This document shows, piece by piece, positions 1 through 14,760 of a stretch of 64,000 bases of DNA; the first letter of the stretch is position 1; each line of letters opens with the position of its first letter. This DNA is from Styela clava (taxonomy: Eukaryota): contig NC_135258.1 in the NCBI RefSeq assembly GCF_964204865.1, forward strand, positions 20,832,001-20,896,000, in the 5' to 3' direction. The translations under genes were made by a program, and so were the position numbers. The notes below the pieces were generated by a model. That model ran no database searches. It saw only the letters and a program-made list of their open reading frames with translations, and was not told the DNA's origin.

Positions 1-3000
1 TTACTTTTTTATGACATAACTTCTTTTATGCTTGTTGAGAACTAAAATGGGGTTATCCAGTGAAACATGAATAACAATGGGTGTTGTGGTCTACTTTTTT
101 CCATGCTTTTGGTTGTATGCTTTTTGGTTATGTTGTAGTTGGGTTGTGGGTGTTGATTATGTATTTGCAGAGGCAATATTTGCTTTACTTTAACAAAGTG
201 TTATTTTCGACTGGACAAGTTTGCAAAGCATTCTGATGGGGCATCTGAATCAATTATCAATAGAACAACTTTCACAAGGTTTTTGTAATTTATTTTAATT
301 AGCAGTTGTAAGAATATAATTTTTTGGATTTGATTAAATATGTATTTAGTGAAATCTTTTATATATGTAAAAATTTTCTGAAATGTGTTCAGTGAAAATT
401 GTTTTAACAACCTACACCTGTATATTTACTGTACTCTCTTTTTAATTTTTTTGGGGAGTGGGCGGGGACTAATATTATATTGGCAGGCGAAAGAACAGAA
501 ATCAATACTGACATGAATTGTTAATTGCAACTACGAGCATTACTAAAATGTTTTCACGCTACAAAACCATTCGATTTACTGATGAGGGACTGATTGTGGT
601 AAGGTTGAAATTTATGGACTAGGCTGCACAATGTGACTTGAAATCCTACAACAGTGATTTAAAACCACCATTTTTACGAATAATTACATAGGAAAAAAAC
701 ACATTTAATGGATACCATTCGATGTTAAGTATTATTTCTATCGCTATTATTTCTCATGATCGGGTCATACACTTTCAATCTAAACAATTTTTGTCTAAAT
801 TAGGTAGGGTGTTATAATTTTATGTTGGCAGGTGAAACTTTGCAATCGGAATTGGCATGCAGTGGCATATGTGCATCCATTCGCTACGACTAGAAACAAT
901 CATGAAACTTTTCATTTGATGAAATTGTGTGATACGCTGATGAACGCCTGTAATTGCGGTGAAGTCATACAATTTTCTCAATTATTAGTGTGAGACTTAA
1001 TGATGCACAATTCGATGTGTAATCAGTAGCAATACCAAATCAAAAGGATGGTTGTTATACGTCTGCATTGTCACATATTCGGGGTTGTGTTTTTTTTTTC
1101 TATTCGAGTAACCGCAGGTGAATATATCAATGGCGCTAAATGCAAAAAGCAAATCATCCACAACCAACAAAAGTCAAATCGATAATTAGGAGAAACCAAA
1201 CCAGAAAGTAAGCGTATTATTTTACTCATGGTGCTTTTCGGATTCTCATTCATTGGGGAGCGGGCGCTTCAGATATTGTAATTGGCAGGTTGAGTGGTTA
1301 AACCAGATTCGTCTATGAAGATCCTCATAAAGATGGAAGAAAGTTTTCGCTCTATGATAATGAAATGAACCTCGGTCGCTGAGTCAGAATTTGGTAAATT
1401 TAATCATTTTTATAGAAGCTAGTGCAACGCAAAGTTATTTTTCAGAATATTCAGTAACTTCAATACAAGTAGTGCCATGGTTCGCAGTGTATGAAATCGA
1501 GATCGCTGGAAAAAATTGATCGATCACTTGTTCTCATTATATGAAATATGTCCGTTCAATTTACGATGACAAAATAACATTCATAAAGGTGGAAAGTGCC
1601 CAATACTACTCGGGATCGTGTTAAATAATCCAGTCCAGTGAAGAAATAAAAAGAAATTATCCGGTATTTCATGACAGAACTAAAATGTACTCGTGCGACA
1701 AAACCATTCAATTTACTGACGAGGACTGCGATTGTGGTAAAGTTGAAATTTTTTTGAGCGAGCGCACTAACTATACCAAAACAGTGATTTGATCTGATTG
1801 CAACGCAGAGTTACACAAGTTGGTGCAATAGGAATGATGAAAATGGAAGTCAATTCTCATAATTGGGTATTCAAGTGTCTAATTGGTTAGTTAAACGCAT
1901 TATGACTTGATGGATGGAATTTAATCTAGTATTTGTGATGTTTGTGTTTTCTGGCTTTGTTGGTGCCTGCTATTTTTCTTGTTTGAAGGGTAAATGTCGG
2001 CGGGTTCAAGTTATTTTGGCAGGTGAAACGTTGAGGATCAGAGGTTCTAATGTAATGGCAAATATGCATCGATTTGCAAAAAAACAGGAATCAAACTTGT
2101 GCAATTCACTGGTGCCTATAATTGTAAAGTAAATATGACAAACCATTCAACATGGAAGGTCAAACATTCAAATATAATTGCTACTTGGATTCTCAATTGC
2201 GGAGCTGAGGCGTTCGATATCGCAACTAATAATGGTGGTTTAACTGGTTTCATCTACATAATCATAAAACAAGATTGATAGAAAATTGTATGCTCCAGAT
2301 GATAAAACATGAACACTAGTTTGGATATTGTTAAATTCAATCATTTTCATAGAAGCTAGTACAACTGAGCTGATTTTTCAGAATTCTCAATAACTGCAAT
2401 TCAAATAGTGTCGTGGTTTGCAGGTTATTTAATCTTAAAGATTTATTCATCAGTGTTGCAAACGGAAATCATGATGATTTATTTAAATATGTTGATGCAA
2501 TTTTATAGTGACAAAATAACATATTCTTCAAGATGAAAAGTGGATTAAGCAAAATAAATTATCCAGTCTTTTGAAAAAGCAAACATACTTGTATATCTTC
2601 TAGGGTTTTCAATTAATTGAATATCTCTGTAGTTAATGCCAAATTGAGAGAAGAATTTATCATACTCTACACTTGGTAGGATTGTCTAAAACTGACCTAA
2701 TGTTAAATTCAGTAAATTTTGGTATTGAAAAATTTGAACTGAAATTTATACAAATCACCCCAAAGTTTTCGTGAAAGAATCGCTTAAAATCGCTCAATTT
2801 TTGCATACTTGGTTGGGCTGGGGATAATTTCATGTTTAGCAGGTTGAATAGTGCAAAATGCGGTGCCAGTGGATTACTTCACATCAATATCAACAGGGTC
2901 CAGGATTTGAATATTTCAATGGCCACGAAGCATATGAACATCTGTATTTGGGGTAATCTTATAATACTTATAAGATATTTTGCATCAACAGATATTTTTT

Positions 3001-3316
3001 TAGTATTTGAGGTTAATGCGACGTTTAACGGCAAGTTGTTTGAAAATTAAATTTTCGAGACTTTTCTGAATATATAAGAAAATCATAGGTCGTGTACAAT
3101 TTTAATGTAAAAGAATTGCAATATGTTAGGTTGGGGGGTTGTTAATTATGTATTTACAGAGGCGACCTTTGCTTTAATTGCCAAAGATTGATGGTCAACT
3201 GGACAAATTTGAAATGCATTTGTTTCAATGAAGCACATGGTTCGCATTTGACCTACTCTTTACGTATGTAATGCTATATGATTTAGTATTTGTAATGTTA
3301 CTGTATTTTTGTATTT

Positions 3317-6300
3317 GTTGGTAAACCGCTATTGTTTCTCTTGACCGAGTCCATTTCTCAATTGAAGCAATTTTTTCTTATTTGGGTGGGGGTGTTGGTG
3401 TTCTATTGACAGGTGGAGCTTTGACGATCGAATTGCTATTTAGTGGCATATGTGCATCGATTTGCTGCAACCAGAGACAAACATGAAATTTTTCATCTGA
3501 TAAAATTGTGCAAAATATTAAAGAACCTGTAAAGGCTGTAATTGGGGTAAAGTTATACATGTTTTCAATTATAATTGTGAGTGTTTACAGTACATAATTC
3601 AATGTAGAGTAGTATCAAATTTTTTATTTTACTTTTGCACTTTCATAATTTTCGGGTTTGTGTGTTTTTTAATTAGATTACTTACAGGTGAATATAACAC
3701 TGGCGCGAACAAACAATAGATAAATCCACAACATATGCCAGGTTATCAGTAATGATGAAAACCAATCAACAAGAAAGTTTAAACGCATTTTTTCGAACAT
3801 GGTTCTATTTGGATTCTCCATCGTTGGCAGAGAGGGCTTTATTAAGTATTAGGATATGATTAGCAGGTTGAGTGGTTTAACTATATACGTTCGTGAAGAT
3901 CCACATAATATAAAATAAGGATGATGGAAAATATTCGCTTATGATAAAGAAACGAACTTTGCACGTCGATTTGGTGAATTCATTTATTTTTATAGGAGCT
4001 AGTGCAACAAAGTTGATTTTTCAGAATTTTCATCAGCTTCAATGCTAGTCTCATCGTTTGGAGGGTATCAAAACTTAGGTCGCTGAAACGATTGAACGAT
4101 CAAGTATTATAAACCGAATTTATGATATTTAATATGTCTGTCCAGCTTTTTGATGACGCGATGACATTCTGTATCCAATCAACAAGAAAGTTTGAATGCA
4201 TTTTTTCGCTTATATCTTTATTTGGATTCTTCATCATTGACAGAGAGGGTTTCAAGTATTGTAATTGGCAGGTTGCGTGGTTTAACTGTATTCATTCATG
4301 AAGATCCACATAAATATAAAACAAGGATGAGGGAGAATTTTCACTCATAATAAAGAAATGAACGTTGATTCGGTGAATACATTTATTTTTATAGGAGCTA
4401 GTGCAACACAAATTTGATTTTTCAGAATTTTTATCAACTTCAATCCTAGTGCCATGGTTCGGAGGGTATAAAAACTGGGTCGCTGAATCGATTGATCGAT
4501 AAAGTGTTGTAAACCAAATCCTTGATATTAAATGTCTGTTCAGCTTTTTGATTACGTGATGACATTGCGTATCGATAATGATGAAAACCAATCAACAAGA
4601 AAGTTTAAATGCATTTTTTCCGCCTATATTTCCATTTGGATTCTCTATCGTTGGCAGAGAGGGCTTCTAAGTATTGTAATTGGCAGGTTGAGTGGTTTAA
4701 CCGTATTCGTTCATGAAGATCCACCTACGGGTAAATATAAAACAAGGATGATGGAAAATTTTTGCTTATGATAAAGAAATGAACTTTGCACGTTGATTCG
4801 GAATTTGGTGATTTAATTTATTTTTATAGGCGCTAGTGCAACATAAAATTGATTTTTTAGAGTTTTCATCCGCTCTACTAGTGCCATAGTTCGGAAGGTG
4901 TGAAAACTAGGTCGCTGAAACGATTGATCGATCAGGTGTTATAAAACGAATTTGTGATATCAAATATGCCCGTTCAGCTTTTTGATGAGGTGATGACATT
5001 TCATATTGATGGAAAGTGCCCGATACCATTGAGGACCTGGTAAATAATCCAGTTTAGTGGAACATGAAAAAGAAATGATCCAGTATTTTATGGCAAAATT
5101 AGAATGTTTCCATGCAACAAAACCATTCAATTTACTGATGAGGGACTGCGATTTTGGTGAAGTCTAAATTTCCTATATTAGTGAATATAACTGTCGTTTT
5201 TACAAATAACTACCTTAGAAAAACACATTAAATTGGAATGTTATATTATTTTGGATCAGTTGGTAAACCGCTATTGTTTCTCTTGACGGGGTCCTATCAT
5301 TTCCCAATCTAAGCAATTTTCCCTTATTAGGGTGGGGGTGTTGATGTTATATTGGCAGGTGTAGCTTTGACGATCGGAATTTCTACATAGTGGCATATGT
5401 GCATCGATTCACTGCACCTAGAAAACAAACATGAAATTCCGCATCTGATGAAATTGTGCAAAACATTAATGAACCAGTAAAGGCTGTAATTGTGGTAAAG
5501 TTATGCATTTTTTCAATTATAATTGTGAGCATTTATGATACACCATTTAACGTGTAATCAGCAGCAGTACCGAATCGAAAGGATTTTCATACTTCTGCAC
5601 TTTAGGATTTTCATACTTCTGCACTTTCATAACTTTCGGGTTTGCGTTTTTCTTCAATTCGATTACTTGCAGGTGAATATATCACCGTTGCGAACGAGCA
5701 ATAGACAAATCCACAACATATGCCAGGCTATCGATAATGGTGAAAGCCAATCAACAAGAAACCATGAAAGCATTATTTCACATATGGCGCTATTTGGATT
5801 CTTCATCGTTGGAAGAAAGGGCTTTCGGTATCGTAATTCGCAGGTTGAGTGGTTTAATCGGATTCGTTCATGAAGATTCACATAAATATGAAACAAGGAT
5901 GATAGAAAGAGATGAAGGATGATTTTTGCTTTATAATAGAGGAATGAACCTTGCTTGTCAATTCGGAATTTGGTGAATTAATTCATTTTTATAGGAGCTA
6001 GTGCAACACAAATTTGATTTTTCAGAATTTAACTGAATATTAGTGCTATGTTCGGACGGTATGAAAACTGGGTCGCTGAAAGCGATTGATCGATCAAGTG
6101 TTGTAAACCAAATTTGTTATGTTAGATATGTCCTTTCAGCTTTTTGATGAGGTAATGACATTTCGTTTCAATATTGATGAAAACCAATCAACAAAAAAGT
6201 TTAAATGCATTTTTTTCGCTCAAATTTCTATTTGGATTCTCCATCGTTGGCAGAGAGGGCTTCCAAGTATTGTAATTGGCAGGTTGCGTGGTTTAACCAT

Positions 6301-8320
6301 ATTCGTTCGTGAAGATCCACATAATATAAAACAAGGATGATGGGGAATTTTTGCTTATGATAAAGAAATGAACTTTGCACGTCGATTCGGAATTTGGTGA
6401 TTTAATTTATTTTTATAGGAGCTTGTGCAACATAAAATTAATTTTTCAGAATTTTCATTAACTTCAGTACTAATGCCATGGTTAGGAGGGTATGAAAACT
6501 AGGTCGCTGAAACGATTGATTGATCAAGTGTTGTAAACCAAATTTGTGATGTTAAATATGTTAGTTCTTTTTGCTGACGTAATGACATTTCATAATGATG
6601 GAAAGTGCCCGATACTATTGAGGATCTTGGTAAATTATCCAGTTCAGCGGAACATGAAAAGGAAATGATCCAGTATTTTATGGCAAAATTAGAATGTTTC
6701 CATGCAACAAAACCATTCAATTTACTGACGAGGGACCGCGTTTTTGGTGAAGTCTAAATTTCCTACATTAGTGAATTGAACCGCCGTTTTTACGAATAAT
6801 TATGTTAGGAAAACACATTAAATTGGAATGTTATTGTATTTTGGATCAGTTGGTAAACCGCTATTGTTTCTCTTGACGGGGTCTATCATTTCTCAATTGA
6901 AGCAATTTTCTCTTGTTTGGGTGGGGGTATTGATGATATATTGGCAGGGGTAGCTTTGACGATCGGAAGTTCTAGATAATGGCATATGTGCACCGATTCA
7001 CTGCACCTAGAAAACGAATATGAAATTCCTCATCTTATGGAATTGTGCAAAACATTAATGAACCTGTAAAGGCTGTAATTGTGGTAAAGTTATGCATTTT
7101 TTAATTATAATTGTAAGCATTTATGATACGCCATTTACTGCACAATCAGCAGCAGTACCGAATCGAAAGGATTTTCATATTTCTGCACTTTCATAACTTT
7201 CGGGTTTGCGTTTTTTTCTTCAATTCGATTACTTGCAGGTGAATATGTCACCGGCGCGAACAAGCAATAGACCAATCCACAACATATGCCATGCTACCAA
7301 TAATGATGAAAACCAATCAACAAAAAACCTTAAACGCATTTTTTCACATATGGCGCTATTTGGATTCTTCATCGTTGGGAGAGAGGGCTTTTGGTATCGT
7401 ATTTCGCAGGTTTAGTGGTTTAATCGAATTCGTTCATGAAGATCCACATAAATATGAAACAAGGATGATAGAAAGAGATGAAGGATGATTTTCGCTTTAT
7501 AAAAAAGAAATGAACCTTGCTTGTCGATTCGGAATTTGGTGAATCAATTCATTTTTATAGGAGCTAGTGTAACACAAATTTGATTTTTCAGAATTTAACA
7601 GAATATTACTGCCATGTTCGGAAGTTATGAAAACTGGGTCGCGGAAAACGATTGATCGATCAAGTTTTGTAAACCGAATTTGTGATGTTAAATATGTCCC
7701 TTCACCTTTTTGATGAGGTGATGACATTTTGTTTCGATAATGATGAAAACCAATCAACAAAAAAGTTTAAATGCATTTTTTCGCTTGAATTTCTATTTGG
7801 ATTCTCCATCGTTGACAGAGAGGGCTTCAAGTATTGTAATTGGCAGGTTGCGTGGTTTAACCATATTAGTTCGTGAAGATCCACATAAATATAAAACAAG
7901 GATGATGGGAAATTTTCGCTTATGATAAAGAAATGAAATTCGTACGCCGATTCGGAATTTGGTGAAATAATTTATTTTTATAGGTGCTAGTGCAATATAA
8001 AGTTGATTTTTCAGAATTTTCATCAACCTCAATACTACTGCCATGGTTCGGAAGGTATAAAAAGTAGGTCGTTGGAAGTTGGAACGATTGATCGATAAAG
8101 TGTTGTAAACCGAATTTGTAATGTTAAATATGTCCGTTCAGCTTTTTGTTGATGTAATGGCATTTCATAAAGATGGAAGGAAAGTGCCCGATACTATTAA
8201 GGATCGATACTTGTTAGAAAATCCAGTTCTGTGGAAAATATAAAAGAAATGATCCAGTATTCTATGGCAAAGCTAGAGTGTGTTCATGCGACAAAACCAT
8301 TCAATGTAATGATGGGGGGT
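3317..8320. repeat. Recent higher-order tandem duplication within the Ig-relic array: three units starting at ~3317, ~5259 and ~6849, each with 2-3 internal ~410-440 bp subunits
   Basis: GTTGGTAAACCGCTATTGTTTCTCTTGAC recurs at ~3317, ~5259, ~6849. A GCAGGTT junction marker (GTAATTGGCAGGTTG and variants) recurs at ~3864, 4269, 4684, 5841, 6280, 7407, 7844. Units are highly similar by eye. Confidence 0.9.
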
Positions 8321-9599
8321 TGGAATTAATTTCAGAACAGTGACTTCATCCACAGTCTAGTTTCCAGGTCAAAACTACAAATTGATTCGACAGACATAGG
8401 GGGTTAGTTGAACTCTTGAAGATTTGATGGATGTTTCTTATTAAGTAATTGTAATTTTTTGCATTACCTATTCGAGGGTTCAAATATTTCTATTTGGGTT
8501 GGGGTGTTGATGTTAAATTGGCAGGTGAAACCATGAGAATCCGAATCACTATGTAGTGGCATAGATGCATCGATTTGCGACAAGGGGAAGCAAACTTGAT
8601 AATGCTGCGCAATATACTAATGACTTAAATGTAGTGAAATCGGTATGAAAATCAAGAAACAAGACCGATAGAAAGAAAATTTGCTTCAGATTATAAAATG
8701 AAACATGCACATTTGGATTCTGGTAAATTCGATCATTTTCTTAGAAGCTAGTACAACACAGTTGATTTTTCAGAATGTTCTATAACTTCACTTCAAGTAG
8801 TGTCGCACTTGGCAGGATATGAAAATGAATAGCTGAAAAAGATTAATCGACCGATCAAGTGTAAAGAGTATTCGTTATGCTTTATTTCAAATATGCCCAT
8901 GCAGTTTTATACGAGGACAAAATAACATCTCAGGAAAGTGAAAAGTGCCCAATACTATCTGTGATTGTGGTAAACAATCCAGTAAAACATGATTAAACTG
9001 TCTTGTATTTTGAATAATTTTCTTCCTTGTGATGATTTCAAAATAATTGAATGTCTGTGGACTGTAGCTGATGCCCAATTGAAGTAAAATCTAGACTTAC
9101 TCGGGTTATCAAAAATTGATCCAATATTTGGTAGATTTCTGGTTTTATAAATATTTAAAACTTCTGTTTGTATGAATCTCTCTCAAACCTTTCGCAAAAT
9201 GATCTCTCCACATAGTTCAAATCGTTTTTCTTGGGTGGGCGGGGTTCTAATGTCATGTTTAGCAGGTTATATGTTGCAGAATGTGATGACACATGGATGA
9301 GTATCAGCTAAATCAAGGATTAGAATATTTCAACAGGCAAAGCTTCATGAAGCACTTTTGCATCTGTAATTTGGGTAATTCTACAACACTTTCTATTAGA
9401 TAATTTGCATCAACAAATTTTTTTGTCGAGTCTTCTAAAGATTCTACTAATTAGTTGCCATATGAGAGTGGATAATCCCAAATTTCATGAATTATATAAC
9501 AAAGTTGTGGGTTATTTTAATTTTTTATGTAAGAATATTGCAATATTTTCATTGGTTAAACTGTCAACTACTTGTTTGTCATACATCATTTACATATAG

Positions 9600-12500
9600 T
9601 TGTTGGGTCGGGGGTTGTTGATTATGTATTTACAGAGACAACATTAGCTCTGAAAAAAAGATTGTCAACTGGAGAACCCTGAATTTCATTTATTTTAATG
9701 AAGAATCTGAATTTCTCCTAAAAGTTTTTGTCTTCTTGACATAATTTTTTTTACACTAAATGAGAAACCAATAGAAGGTGGCCAGGTGAAGCAATAAGGA
9801 TGACAGTTATTGTGGTTTACTTTTTTGTATGCTTTTGGTTGTATTTGTGGATATTGTAGTTGGGTTGTGTGGTGTTGATAATGTATTTACAGATTGTCAG
9901 TTGGACAAGTTTTCAAAACGTTCTGATGAAGTACATGATTCATTCATCAATAGCATAAAAAGGTTTTTCACAATTTTTTTGATTAGCAGTTGTACAAATA
10001 TGATTTTTGGATATAATCAAAACTACAATTAGTGGGATATTTTATAGACATGAAAAGTTTCTGAAATTTATTATGTGAAAATTGTTCTTGCTACCTATGC
10101 CTATATTTTCTGTACTTTATATAATTTATTCGGGCAGTATCGATTTAAAAGGTTTTCCATAACAATTTTATGCTATTTTTGGGGGTTGGGGTGTTTTTTT
10201 TTTATCTGATTACTTACAGGCGAATATATCATTGACACCAGAGACCAAAACCAAATGATGCACAACATGAGTCAGTACACTTTCGTTTGCGAGGAAAAGC
10301 TAATCAACATGAACGTTTGGACGCAATTTTCAAATATGGCGCTATTTGGATTCTTCATCATTGGGGAGCGGGGTCTTTTGTTATTGTAATTGGCAGGTTC
10401 ATTGGTTTAACCAGATTAATCTGCGAAGATCTCTGTGAATATGAAATAAGGATGATAGATTGTTTCCGCATCAGATAATGAAATGATTCATGCACACTAG
10501 TTTGGACTATGGTAAATTTAATCATTTTTTAGGAGCTAGAACAAGACACACTTGATTTTTCAGAATTAAATTTCCAATAATTTCAATGCAAGTAATGTTG
10601 TGGCTCGCAGGATATGAAAACTGAATAGCTGAAAAAATTTGATCAGCGTTGCAAACGGTATTTGTGTGTCCAATACAATCAAGAATCCTGGTAAATAATC
10701 CAGTGGAACAAATTGTCCAGTATATAGACAAAAGAGCGAAAAACAGAAACATGCACAATATATACCAGTTCATCAATAATGAGGAAAAACAAATCAACAA
10801 GATAGTTTAAACACAATTTTTTAAATACGGCAAATACTTGGATACTTCATTGGAGATAGAGGGCTTTTGATATCATATTTGGCAGATTTGGTACCCAATT
10901 CGTCCATGTGGATCCACATAATTATGAAACAAGGATGATAGACAATTTCTCGTTCCAGGCGATGTGCGCAAGTTTATTTGGATCTTGGTAATTTCCATAA
11001 TTTTCTTAGGATCTAGTACAACAAAAATATGATTTTATTCAGAATTCCTGTCAGCTTCAATTCAGTAGTGACACAGTTTGCGCAGGGTATGAAACCGAAT
11101 AGCTGAAAACATCTTTTGATCGGTGTTGCAAACAGAATCAGTTAAAGTTTTATTTCAAATATATGTCCATGCAATTTTATGACGACAAAAAACAATGAAA
11201 GTGAAAAGTGCTCAATAGTTTTCAGGAATATGGTAAATAATCCGGTGAAATATGAAAAAAATATGATTTAACTAGCATTTCGAATAAATAGATGATTTGA
11301 ATTAAATGAATATCTCTGTGTAAGTAAATGAATATCTAAACATACTAAACTGTATAAAACTAATTCAATATTCGGTAGATTTCTTATTTTTACAAATATT
11401 TAAAAACTTTGATTTGATTAAACCTCTCGCTTGGCTTTGTTCGGGCTTTGTTCCATTTTCTTTTTTCTTGGGTGAGCTTGGTGCTAATGTTATGTTTAGC
11501 AGACTGAATAGTGCAGAATGTGGTGACACATGGATGAATATCATTTGAATCCGGATTTGAAATATTTTCAACAACACATACACATCTGTAGTTTGGGGTA
11601 ATTTTAACATTTTTCATTGTGTAAGTTGTGTCAGCAGTTTTTGTAAATACCAACTTAACTTTAGATAGAAGATTTTCCAGAATTTTATCAATCTTATAAG
11701 AAAGTTATTGTATGTGTGCAATTTCCTATGTAAAAAGTATTGCTATATTAATATGCATTTCACCATCAATTGCTTGTGAATCGTCAGTTTTTTGTATGCT
11801 TTGCGCAATATTGTTGGGTTGGGGTTTGTTGATTATGTATTTACAGAGACAACATTAGCTCTGGAAAAAGGTTGATTGTCAACTGAACAAGCTTGAATTT
11901 CATTTATTTTAATGAAGAAGGTGAATTTCTTCTAGAAGTTTTTGTCCTCTTGAAATATTTTTTTTACACTGAGAAACCAATACAAGGTGGCCAGGTGAAG
12001 CAATAAGGATAAGCAATTATTGTGGTTTACTTTTTTGTATGCTTTATGGATATTGTAGTTTGGTTGTGTGGTGTTGATTATGTATTTACAGAAGCACAAT
12101 TGCTTTACATTAAAGAAGGTTGTTTGTCAGTTGGACAAGTTTTCAAAACGTTCAGATGAGGTACACGATTCATTCATAAATAGAATAATAACTCTTTGTG
12201 AGGTTTTTCACAATTTTTTTATTTGGCAGTTGTACACATATAATTTATGGATAAATAAAATCAAAACAATACTTAGAGGGATATTACATAGACATGATAA
12301 TTTTCAGAAATTTGTTATGTGAAAATTGCTCTTGCTAACTACGCCTATTTACATATTTTCTGTACTTCATATAATTAATTTGCGCAATATCAAATTAAAA
12401 GGTTTTTCATAATACTTTTATGCATATTTTTTGGGATTGGGGTGTTTTTTGATCTGATTACTTACAGGTGAATATATCATTGACACCAGAGACCAAAACC

Positions 12501-14760
12501 AAATTATGCACAACATATGTCTGTACGCTCATACTTTGAGGAAAAGCCAATCAACATGAAAGTTTGGACGCAATTTTCAAATATGGCGCTATTTGGATTC
12601 TTCATCATTGGGAGCGAGGGTTTTGGTATTGCAATTGGCAGGTTTATTGGTTTAACCAGATTCCATGAAGATCCCTGTGGATATGAAATAAGGATGATAG
12701 ATAGTTTTCGCATCAGATAATGATATGATTTATGCACACGACTTCGGATTTTGGTAAATTCAATCATTTTTTAGGAGCTAGTGCAAAACAAACTTGATTT
12801 TTCAGAATTTTCAATAATTTCAATGCAAGTAGTGTTGCGGCTCGCGGGATATGAAAGCCGAATAGCTGAAAAATTTGATTGATCAGTACTGCAAACTGAA
12901 TTTGTGATGAACGTGCCCAATACGATTCAGGATCCTGGTAAATAATCCAGTAGAACAAATTGTCCAGTATTTTCACAACAAAACTAAAATACGTTATATA
13001 TACCGATGAGGGACTGTGATTGCGGTAAAGTCAAATTGGCGGCACAATATATCTTGATATCCATTCCTAGAACAGTAATGCGATTCAGTTTCATTCGCTA
13101 CTCGAAAGTCTAAGCGGTAGGAGCGATGAAGCAAGGAGGTAACGCAGATAATAAGTCTTTTTTTGGTTAGAAATACATGTTATGATTTTAGCTATTAGTT
13201 GGTGTTTTAGGTTTATAAATTTATTCATATTATTATTTCACATGGATGTGTCATGCACTTTTCAATCGAAACATTTTTTTGTTATTTGGATGGGAGTGTT
13301 AGTGTTATGTTGGCAGGTGAAACTTTGACGATCGAAATCGCTATTTATGTTCATTGATTAGCAGCAACTAGAAAGAAACTTGAAAATTTACATTAATGAA
13401 CGCCGTTAATTGTGGTAAAAGTATTTTGGAATTTTTCCAATTAGTCCTGACAAAAGAAGTTGATTTCCCAAACCAGCGATGATATTAAAGCATAAATGTT
13501 AGCATCCATAATACACAATTCAAAGTACCTGTATAACCTGTACCAACTCAAAAAGATTGTCATTAAACTTCTATGCTTTGCATAATTTTTGGGGTTGGGG
13601 TGTTTTTTCATCAGATATCTTACAGGCGAATTGAATTGTGATCAAAGAGCAAAAACAGAATCGTGCACAATGTATGTCAGTTCATCAATAATGAGGAAAA
13701 ACAAATCAACAAGATAGTTGAAACACAGTTTTCAAATACAGCAGATACTTGGGATTTTTTTTCATTGGAGATTGAGGGGTTTTGATATCAATTTGGCAGA
13801 TTCAGTAGTTGAACCAAAATCTTCCACGTAGATCCACATAATGTGAAACAAGGATGATAAAAAATTCCAGTCGATGAAGTGATGGGTGCACGTTTATTTG
13901 GATCTTGGTAATTTTCATCATTTTCTTAGGATCTAGGACAACAAAAATATGATTTTTTTTCAAAATTCCTGTCAGCTTCAATTCAAGTAGTGACACAGTT
14001 CGCGCAGCGCATGAAAACCGAATAGCTGAAAACATTAATCGATCGGTGTTGCAAACAGAATTCATTATGATTTATTTCAAATATATGGCGACAAAAAAAT
14101 GTAATGAAGGTGAAAACTGCCTAATACTATCCCCGATTATGGTAAATAATCAAGTGGAATATGAAAATAAAGATTTCCCGGCATTTTGAATAAATAGATG
14201 ATTTAAAATAATCGAATATCTCTGTAAACCTGTCTAAAACTAATCCAATATTCAGTAGCTTTCTCACTTTTACAAGTATTAAAAAACTTCTGATTTGATC
14301 AAACCTCTCACTTGATACTGTTCAATATTTTTTTTTTGGGGTGGGCTGGGTGCTAATGTCATGTTTAGCAGATTGAATAGTGCAGAATGTGGTGACACAT
14401 GGATGAATATCATTTAAACCCAGACTTGAAATATTTTCAACAACACATACACATCTGTAACTGGGTAATTTTAACATTTTTACTGTATAATTTGTGTCAA
14501 CAGTTTTTTTTTTAGTAAATACCATTAGAAGATTTTCTAGAATTTTATCAATCTTATAAGAAAGTTATTGTATGTGTGCAATTTCTTATGTAAAAGTATT
14601 GCTATATTAATATGCATTTTAACGTCAATTGCTTGTGAATTGTTAGTTTGTTGTATGCTTTGCATATTATTGCTGGGTTGGGGGTTGTTGATTATGTATT
14701 TACAGAGACAACATTAGCTAGCTCTATTTGAAAAAGTGATTGTCAACTGGACAAGGTTGA
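9600..14760. repeat. Older higher-order duplication within the Ig-relic array: units starting at ~9600 and ~11810, with a third partial start at ~14670
   Basis: GTTGATTATGTATTTACAGAGACAACATTAGCT recurs at ~9617, ~11828, ~14687. The first two units continue with collinear blocks (e.g. GGTGGCCAGGTGAAGCAATAAGGAT at ~9777 and ~11986; 11360-11810 vs 14240-14660). Confidence 0.85.

Noticed and set aside
4000-14100. Cadherin reading of the EVIENSEKS motif
   Set aside because: No DxD, LDRE or DxNDN calcium-binding motifs are recoverable; the Cys spacing fits Ig better.
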